Positions 25,522-34,200 of a stretch of DNA of 64,000 nucleotides are shown piece by piece; position 1 is the stretch's first letter; every line of letters starts with the position of its first letter. The notes below the pieces were generated by a model. The model did no database searches. It saw nothing but the letters and a program-made list of their open reading frames with translations, and was not told where the DNA came from. Both the position numbers and the translations under genes were made by a program. The DNA is from Balanoglossus misakiensis (taxonomy: Eukaryota > Animalia > Hemichordata), in NCBI GenBank assembly GCA_040954595.2, contig CM082593.2:6270172-6334171 (forward strand). The letters run 5' to 3'.

Positions 25522-25678
25522 CCCTATCATTGGTATGTACCTTGTCGTGGTGATAGGGCAACTGGCCAGAGTCTGGTTCCCGTATTCTTCAACGTCTTAG
25601 GATCGGAAGTTCTTCCATCAGTAAAACAAGCAACGGATACGTGTGACGTCAGAGACTGGCGAGACCAAATCATACCAA
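25522..25678 (+). ncRNA. HDV-like ribozyme 2A
   Basis: Core identical to 1A; differences are confined to the P4 insert. Catalytic-position C at 25665. Confidence 0.85.
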
Positions 25679-25901
25679 GAAAGAGAAAAAGAAGTCTGCA
25701 TGGATCCCTTGGAGCGACAGTAAACCACACTACCAAACGCTAACGCCAAGCCACTGGGTCAGTCGAAAAGAAGCAATTTCCAACCACAAACGAAAACAGA
25801 CACCAACCCTGTCGACCGTCTCCAAGCCATAACCGACGTACTGTACATGTACTACGGACACAGTAAGACGCATTCATGCACACAGACAGAACACCAACAT
25901 T

Positions 25902-26043
25902 CCCTACCTACGGCATGTACCTTGACGCGGTGGTAGGGCAACTAATTGGTTAGCAAAAGTTCAATGCAATTGAAGTGAAAAAAAAAATAATTCTACAAAA
26001 TCGTTACGTTTCATTTGCTAACCAATTAGACCAAAGCATGCCG
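25902..26043 (+). ncRNA. HDV-like ribozyme 2B
   Basis: As 1B. P2 is CGGCAUGU/GCAUGCCG (one extra C-G pair and a U-G wobble). Catalytic-position C at 26031. Confidence 0.88.
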
Positions 26044-26989
26044 ATCACATTCAAACCCCGAACACGAACTTCAGAAGTACACGAGAAATGTTTCATACGA
26101 ATGTACGAGCGTCACCCGCTATGCCACGTACATATAGGCTTATATTACACCAAGATGTATTTTATTAAAAATTATTAACAAGATTAGAGTTACAGTAAAT
26201 ATACCCTGCATGTTCCACACGTTCATCTAACCATGTAAGCACACAAGACGCCCAAATGGCAGCATAGCGCATACTGCAAAACGGGCGCACGAACATGCAG
26301 CCACAGAAAACGACCGGTTCTTTACGATCTCATATTTTTCTGTCAAAATCTGCTCCTTTGCGGCAACGGCTACTGAGTTCGTGGAACGGAAACAAAGCTA
26401 GAGTTGCACGAGAATGCACAACAAGGAACAAAAGTTTGCCGGACTGTTCATATATACCTATTTATGGCAGATGACTTAACGGCCGACACTGGGGTGACAT
26501 CACAGAGGTTATTTGGCTCCGCCCATTAAAAAATAGGTCTTCTTTGCAAACGCAGAAAAAAAAACGAAATGTCACAGCCTGGGCACGCTGGACATTCACC
26601 TCAGACACCCATAGAACGTTCTGGAAAGCCCCGAAAAGTTGAAGATTTATTCCACAGACCTGGGAAATTCTTGAAGATTAAATTAGCTACACATGATATT
26701 GTAAAACTCAATGTGGTGAACAGTCTCTCTGGAAACCCAAATAGTCCTTGAAAATCAGTGGAAAACCCTTAGACGTATACAATGACCATTTTATTTGCAT
26801 ATCTGGGGCAGCTGACCAATTGGTCTTTGTTTACGCCCCGACAACGATAAAGAAAGATTTTGTAATTTTGTGAAGTATGAAGTATTTAGGGGCGCATGGT
26901 ACATGTATGTCGATATAATAGGCCTATATGTGCACAAGAACAATGGGTGGTAAATTACACTATTTTATATTTTGTGTCTGTCAAATGTA

Positions 26990-26990
26990 T

Positions 26991-27056
<66 letters not shown>
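26990..27056. repeat. (GA)n microsatellite
   Basis: Read directly. Confidence 0.95.
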
Positions 27057-27059
<3 letters not shown>

Positions 27060-27235
27060 TGTATACCAAAAATGTTAAATCGATAAAAGATAGATATCTG
27101 TTGCCATGGTATCGCAGAGGAGGAAAACTTTCTCTACTTTACATCGCAGTACACGCCACATTTCTGTACAAGCATTTCGTTCGATTCTTTCTTCAACAAA
27201 ACCTGGACAAAACAGTTTTCTCAATAGACGTGTTA

Positions 27236-28370
27236 GCGCATGCGTATATAGGACAATATTCTTGATAAAAGCACGAATTTGGGCGGTTACCAGTCATAAT
27301 CAAATTGAAATGGACTGGCGAATATCAGCATAGCAGGTAAGGCGACATTTCATATGCCCCCAATTTGGTCAAAACATTTTCTTTTCTTTTGTTCTCGTTG
27401 GCCTTTCATAAATGTCACAAAATCCCGATCGCGTTATTACACTGTGATCTATATTGGTCAGAAACTGCCTCCTTCCTCCTATACCCCCCCCCCCCCCTGT
27501 ACTACCAAGTCTAAACACATGGAACTCATGATCCGACTGTGTCTTAATTTGTTTGTTTACGAATACATGGCGAGTAAATACCACCATAGCTAAAGCATAA
27601 GATTCATGATACAAATAACGACACAATCGGATCCAAAGCTCCCTGTGGTCTAAGCTTATACTGTTTCTGTGTGGCGGTAGCTAGCTATACATGTTATCTT
27701 GTTGACCGCCTGACTACAAGACGATTGTCACCTTCTTTGGAACATTGCCACGTTGACGCCATAGCTAACATTCAGATGACCTTTCGTTTTAGCTTCCAAT
27801 GAAACAGCCATTGAAATATTTTGTTGATTGCGGTCTGTCGACGTCGTTGCTAAGACAACACGGCCAAACAAGCCCAGGTGTCGCACGACATAACACCTCC
27901 ATTTAATTTTATGGCGTGAGAAAGCCGCTATTTTTCCAAATATATCTTTAAACGCGTTGTCAGGCATAGGGTCAAAATACAGAATTGGGTAGAGCGGACA
28001 GACCGTATACCTGCATATAATATTATCACGACATAACATGATAACAGTACAGAATATGGCCATAACATAACATAACACAACATAACATAACATAACATAA
28101 CATAACACAACACAACACAACACAACACAACACAACACAACACAACACAACACAACACAACACAACACAACACAACACAACACAACACAACACAACACAA
28201 CACAACACAACATAACATAACATAACATGGAGACAAAGAGACAGACAGGCGGAATAACAAGGAATACAATTTAATAATTCTTTTTCCTTTATTCTCTTTC
28301 AACTCACAGACACCAAGACGTGCACAATCGGAAAAACTTCTTTCTTTCCAACCAGCAACAAAGGATGAGC
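27236..28370 (+). pseudogene. Diverged 5' part of cassette unit 3: TATA-like box, exon 1 homologous to units 1/2 but with ATC in place of ATG, intron 27337-28309, non-homologous exon 2
   Basis: ATCAGCATAGCAG|GTAAGG versus unit 2 ATGAGCATCGCAG|GTGAGG. CGTATATAGG at 27243. Strong acceptor TTTTTCCTTTATTCTCTTTCAACTCACAG ending at 28309. Confidence 0.45.
28061..28227. repeat. (CATAA/CACAA)n pentanucleotide microsatellite
   Basis: Read directly. Confidence 0.95.
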
Positions 28371-28619
28371 AGAATCGCGCTCAATAAAAAAAAAAAAACG
28401 AAAAAAAAAATATAATGAATCGTTTGAGGGGAAATTGACCCCGTAGATGTTTCATGTTCTCAAGCCATTTACTGCAATTGCCTTTTCATAGTGTCTTTCT
28501 TTGGGTTTAAAAAAATATTTTATTCATTTTTGTCGGCTATGCTGGTATTCGCCCATAGTAGTCCATATAATTTCACGCAATCAACCAATGTAATTGTTTA
28601 CAAAAAAATTACAAAACCG

Positions 28620-28940
28620 GCTTTAAAAAATACCTACGAAAAAAAGGAAAAAAAGAAAAGATATTGAACAAAAAAAACGATAAAAGAAAAAAACATTGTT
28701 GAACAAAAAAAATATAAAAGAAAAAAATACCTACGAAAAAAAGGAGAAAAAAGAAAATACATTGCACAAAAAAATGATCAAAGAAAAAAAAAATTGTTGA
28801 ACAAAAAAAATATAAAAGAAAAAATACCTACGAAAAAAAGGAGAAAAAAGAAAATACATTGCACAAAAAAACGATAAAAGAAAAAAACATTGTTGAACAA
28901 AAAAAAATATAAAAGAAAAAAAAGATAAAATGGAAAAAAC
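28620..28940 (+). repeat. A-rich minisatellite, ~97 bp period, ~3 copies, just upstream of ribozyme 3A
   Basis: TACCTACG recurs at 28631, 28728 and 28825. Confidence 0.88.
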
Positions 28941-28971
28941 AATGAATGTTAATTAATTCCAATCAGTGATC

Positions 28972-29956
28972 CCCTACCGTTGGTATGTACCTTGTCGTGG
29001 TGGTAGGGCAACTGACCAGTGGAGGCGAGTGGGTGTCCGAAACGCAGCGGGGCCGTGTCGGTCAGAACCGAGGAGGCGCATGTCATTGCGGTAGTCTGAC
29101 CAGTGCAGCCATGGTTTGGAGCGGCGACCCACAAAGCGTGAAGGCGTGATCTCTCGTGGTGAGTAAAGTTTAACCATAGACCCTGGTTATATGATTGAAC
29201 AGATTATTGTGGGCACTGGCGTAGATGATATAGGTAAGGGTGGACCACAGTCGCTTGTTTTCTGGGCGGTCACCCCTGCTCGGGGCCAACCGGCTATGTC
29301 GTGACTTTCTCTATGACACAGCCGATCGGCCCGGCACCACCACCTGGGAAACAAGCGACCGTGCGATGGACACAGTTAGATTCGTTGCCCATTTTTCTCT
29401 CCGGACACTCCACGCAAGCAACTCGTTGGTCAACACATGCACACCTGTATATTTATACAAACAGCTATCCGTTACAGAATCACTTTTGATACTTGACAGC
29501 TTTGAAGACACGAGTTCTGGGGTAGATGGGCGAGCGAGGATTCACCTGCAAACGATACAAAACGACGAATTTGAACACATTCGCTTTCGAGTCACCGTGG
29601 CAGCATTTTGTGAACGTCTTCGATGAACTCCCGACATTGAACACACCGTTGAGATTCAGCCAGATTGGTATATCCGTTACAGTCTATACGCAGATTGCAG
29701 TACTATAGAACATCGTGCAATGAATGCAACAGGTGGGCCGGGTCGCATAGCTGGACTTTGCACCATACATGCAACCGGACAGAACGACCAGTAGAGTTAC
29801 AACGCATTATGCGGCAGCGAAGATGGTTTAATGTGAAACGAGATCACCATTGATCGACGAAATCGAAAGAACTATAAAAGAAGAAAACCACGGACCACTG
29901 GACACGTGAATATTTCAAGCAACTGCGACTGAACTGGCCAGGCAAAACCATACCAA
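28972..29956 (+). ncRNA. HDV-like ribozyme 3A with a ~930-nt P4 insertion
   Basis: 5' half 28972-29020: P1 CCCUACC/GGUAGGG, P2 UUGGUAUG, P3 ACC/GGU, L3 UUGUCGU, CA, P4 CUGACCAGU. 3' half 29933-29956: ACUGGCCAG, J4/2 GCAAAA (C at 29943), P2 CAUACCAA. Confidence 0.78.
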
Positions 29957-30061
29957 AAATCAAAACAATCAGCAAGCAATTATATTGGAGCTGTCAAAAA
30001 AAAATGAAACGAAATAAAACACTTACACACCTACATTCTACACACACGCCACACGTACATT

Positions 30062-30258
30062 CCCTACCTATTTGGCATGTACCTTGTCGTGGTGGTGGGG
30101 CAACTAATTGGTTAGCAATGGATGGCTCAGTGTTTATATGAAAACAACAACAACAACAACAAAACGTGGAATTCAAATTTTATTACAAATTTTCAACTGA
30201 TCAGTAAGGCTTATGAAGTTAACGCGTCCCGAGCTACCAATTAGACCAAAACATGCCA
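30062..30258 (+). ncRNA. HDV-like ribozyme 3B
   Basis: P1 CCCUACC/GGUGGGG (U-G wobble); P2 UGGCAUGU/ACAUGCCA; P3 ACC/GGU; L3 UUGUCGU; P1.1 UG/CA; P4 CUAAUUGGUUAGC/GCUACCAAUUAG around an unrelated insert; J4/2 ACCAAA (C at 30246). Confidence 0.85.
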
Positions 30259-30357
30259 TAAAATCAGTAGAAACTGCGTGTGAACTCCATGTGTGGGATA
30301 GAGAAGTATAAACCTCAGTTCTGACTGAATCACTTTGATATGGTGCAAATAAGTAAT

Positions 30358-31073
30358 TTAATAAAGGAAATCACATGGTACATGGATTGGGAAGGTACTG
30401 TGGGGATTTTCACAGATATGGGGTGAAGTCGTTTCCGCAAATCCGCTCTTTAGTGAAACACACACTGTTCTGTTGGAACCAAATCTGAATATTGTATCAT
30501 TGCAGATGGCAACGGATTTGCCAGTAGGTTCACTGAGTTGCCATTTCTTGAGAAGGTGTATCTCGCCGCAGTCGGGTGAATACTGAAATATGTTTTGTGT
30601 GCACTTTTTCTTTCCTCTTCCGTGACCGCCACGGGAAAATGTCACGATGTAGATTTCCCGGTTATTGCTGAGGACTGAAGCAGTCGAACAGTCTTTTGGT
30701 AAATCTATGGGAAGCGAGCCACTCCACAGATCTTCTTCTGGGTCGAACGTCACCATGCAAGAGCGGCTGGTGATATCTCCTGGGCAGAGAACGTAGAGTT
30801 TGCCCTGGTGTGCGGCAACCTTAGTCTGAAGTGAGCCATGCAGTCTTGCTCCAGAAATGCGGCAGGGCTATCTCGGGAGGTTCGGCCACGGGCTTCCAAG
30901 AGTTTGTGGTGAAACTGTACGTGTGGTGAATTCCTTCCCCGAAAACGTACACGGATTTGCCAACACTGCCCAGAGAATACGACACTGCGTGGTTAACGCC
31001 CTGGCACTGCAAATTGAGAGGTTCAAGTTCACACCACGCGTTAGTTTTTGTGTTGTACGCCAATGGGGTGAGA
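30358..31073 (-). pseudogene. Kelch/beta-propeller-like terminal exon with a frameshift (~30825-30870)
   Basis: Kelch-blade-like motifs AYNTKTNAW, VGKSVYVFG..YSFTTNSW, VAAHQGKLYV..TFDPEEDLW, NNREIYIV..QYSPD and ICNDTIFRFG fall in two different frames. Polypyrimidine-AG acceptor at 31075-31074. AATAAA on the minus strand at 30183-30178. No upstream exons found. Confidence 0.65.
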
Positions 31074-31075
31074 CT

Positions 31076-31294
31076 AAAACGAAGGAAACCGAAGGAAAAC
31101 GAAGGACGCTGATATCTCCATATTTTTGGGCGAAGGACGAGGTTTTCTGTATGCTGGAGGCCGAAGGACAGGTTTAGCGTCGTATAAACGGCCGAAGGAC
31201 AAGTTTAGCTTCGTATAAAAGGTCGAAGGAAAGCGAAGGACACTGATTTACCCATATTTTAGTGCGAAGGACACGGTTTTCTGTATGCTGGAGG
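31076..31294. repeat. Short CGAAGGA-rich repeat with a ~134-bp duplication bordering the satellite
   Basis: CGAAGGAC..GGTTTTCTGTATGCTGGAGG at ~31100-31160 and ~31234-31294. Confidence 0.7.
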
Positions 31295-34200
31295 AAATAA
31301 GAGTTCGCACCGCTGCGGTGCAAATAAGATCATTGTAGTTATGCTGCAATATAGTGCGGTAAATTTCCGACTTTTTCGAGAACACATCGTGATGGCGAAG
31401 GGTTCAGGAAGGCTTGACTTTTACCTCAAGGTGTCAACTGATGTTGGTTCGAGACCACTTTTTTCTATTTCTTTTTTTTGTGAGAACTTTTAACGACATT
31501 GTCATTGTAATGTTTCTCAATTTCATAAATCCAATTTATTTCAATATCTACGCTGCGTTTTTTATCTGTCGGGTATAAGAAACATGCAGGGAAACTTGGT
31601 CATTTTTTTTGTCGCGGTTCACTTGGGCAAGTCTGAATACGTAGTGCTCAGGAAAGAGAAAGATAAACTCGCTAAAATCGTGTCTTTCCGTCCGCATGAC
31701 CAACCAAGGAGCGAAAAAGTCATTATTTGGGCCGTAATAAAACGTTTTTGTCGCCGAGGAGTGAATAAAGAACTGTCAGATCGTTGCGGTGCAGGGAACT
31801 CTTATTTGCACAGCAGCGGTGAACTCTTATTTGCACCGCTGCGGTGCAAATAAGAGTTCGCACCGCTGCGGTGCAAATAAGAGTTCGCACCGCTGCGGTG
31901 CAAATAAGATCATTGTAGTTATGCTGCAATATAGTGCGGTAAATTTCCGACTTTTTCGAGAACACATCGTGATGGCGAAGGGTTCAGGAAGGCTTGACTT
32001 TTACCTCAAGGTGTCAACTGATGTTGGTTCGAGACCACTTTTTTTTCTATTTTTTTTTTGTGAGAACTTTTAACGACATTGTCATTGTAATTTTTATCAC
32101 TTTCATAAATCCAATTTATTTCAATATCTACGCTGCGTTTTTTATTTGTCGGGTATAAGAAACATGCAGGGAAACTTGGTCATTTTTTTTGTCGCGGTTC
32201 ACTTGGGCAAGTCTGAATACGTAGTGCTCAGGAAAGAGAAAGATAAACTCGCTAAAATCGTGTCTTTCCGTCCGCATGACCAACCAAGGAGCGAAAAAGT
32301 CATAATTTGGGCCGTAATAAAACGTTTTTGTCGCCGAGGAGTGAATAAAGAACGGTCAGATCGTTGCGGTGCAGGGAACTCTTATTTGCACCGCAGCGGT
32401 GAACTCTTATTTGCACCGCTGCGGTGCAAATAAGAGTTCGCACCGCTGCGGTGCAAATAAGATCATTGTAGTTATGCTGCAATATAGTGCGGTAAATTTC
32501 CGACTTTTTCGAGAACACATCGTGATGGCGAAGGGTTCAGGAAGGCTTGACTTTTACCTCAAGGTGTCAACTGATGTTGGTTCGAGACCACTTTTTCTCT
32601 ATTTCTTTTTTTTGTGAGAACTTTTAACGACATTGTCATTGTATTTTTTATCAATTTCATATATCCAATTTATTTCAATATCTACGCTGCGTTTTTTATC
32701 TGTCGGGTATAAGAAACATGCAGGGGAAACTTGATCATTTTTTTGTCGCGGTTCACTTGGGCAAGTCTGAATACGTAGTGCTCAGGAAAGAGAAAGATAA
32801 ACTCGCTAAAACCGTGTCTTTCCGTCCGCATGCATGACCAACCAAGGAGCGAAAAAGTCATTATTTGGGCCGTAATAAAACGTTTTTGTCGCCGAGGAGT
32901 GAATAAAGAACGGTCAGATCGTTGCGGTGCAGGGAACTCTTATTTGCACCGCAGCGGTGAACTCTTATTTGCACCGCTGCGGTGCAAATAAGAGTTCGCA
33001 CCGCTGCGGTGCAAATAAGATCATTGTAGTTATGCTGCAATATAGTGCGGTAAATTTCCGACTTTTTCGAGAACACATCGTGCTGGCGAAGGGTTCAGGA
33101 AGGCTTGACTTTTACCTCAAGGTGTCAACTGATGTTGGTTCGAGACCACTTTTTTTCTATTTCTTTTTTTTTTGTGAGAACTTTTAACGACATTGTCATT
33201 GTAATTTTTATCAATTTCATAAATCCAATTTATTTCAATATCTACGCTGCGTTTTTCACATGTCGGGTATAAGAAACATGCAGGGAAACTTGGTCATTTT
33301 TTGTCGCGGTTCACTTGGGCAAGTCTGAATACGTAGTGCTCAGGAAAGAGAAAGATAAACTCGCTAAAACCGTGTCTTTCCGTCCGCATGACCAACCAAG
33401 GAGCGAAAAGGTCATTATTTGGGCCGTAATAAAACGTTTTTGTCGCCGAGGAGTGAATAAAGAACGGTCAGATCGTTGCGGTGCAGGGAACTCTTATTTG
33501 CACCGCAGCGGTGCAAATAAGAGTTCGCACCGCTGCGGTGCAAATAAGATCATTGTAGTTATGCTGCAATATAGAGCGGTAAATTTCCGACATTTGCGAG
33601 AACACATCGTGCTGGCGAAGGGTTCAGGAAGGCTTGACTTTTACCTCAAGGTGTCAACTGATGTTGGTTCGAGACCACTTTTTTTTCTATTTTTTTTTTG
33701 TGAGAACTTTTAACGACATTGTCATTGTAATTTTTATCAATTTCATAAATCCAATTTATTTCAATATCTACGCTGCGTTTTTTATCTGTCGGGTATAAGA
33801 AACATGCAGGGAAACTTGGTCATTTTTTGTCGCGGTTCACTTGGGCAAGTCTGAATACGTAGTGCTCAGGAAAGAGAAAGATAAACTCGCTAAAACCGTG
33901 TCTTTCCGTCCGCATGACCAACCAAGGAGCGAAAAAGTCATTATTTGGGCCGTAATAAAACGTTTTTGTCGCCGAGGAGTGAATAAAGAACGGTCAGATC
34001 GTTGCGGTGCAGGGAACTCTTATTTGCACCGCAGCGGTGAACTCTTATTTGCACCGCTGCGGTGCAAATAAGAGTTCGCACCGCTGCGGTGCAAATAAGA
34101 TCATTGTAGTTATGCTGCAATATAGTGCGGTAAATTTCCGACTTTTTCGAGAACACATCGTGATGGCGAAGGGTTCAGGAAGGCTTGACTTTTACCTCAA

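Larger units (their letters stand above)
21960..27056 (+). repeat. Tandem segmental duplication: unit 1 (~21960-24205) and unit 2 (~24290-27056), each promoter - small gene - ribozyme pair - ~0.9 kb tail - (GA)n
   Basis: Near-identical colinear blocks 22607-23960 and 25522-26980. The blocks 21970-22560 and 24290-24860 are more diverged. Both units end in (GA)n. Confidence 0.92.

Noticed and set aside
27728-28302. Cys/Val/Leu-rich minus-strand ORFs
   Set aside because: They are translations of the (CACAA/CATAA)n microsatellite.
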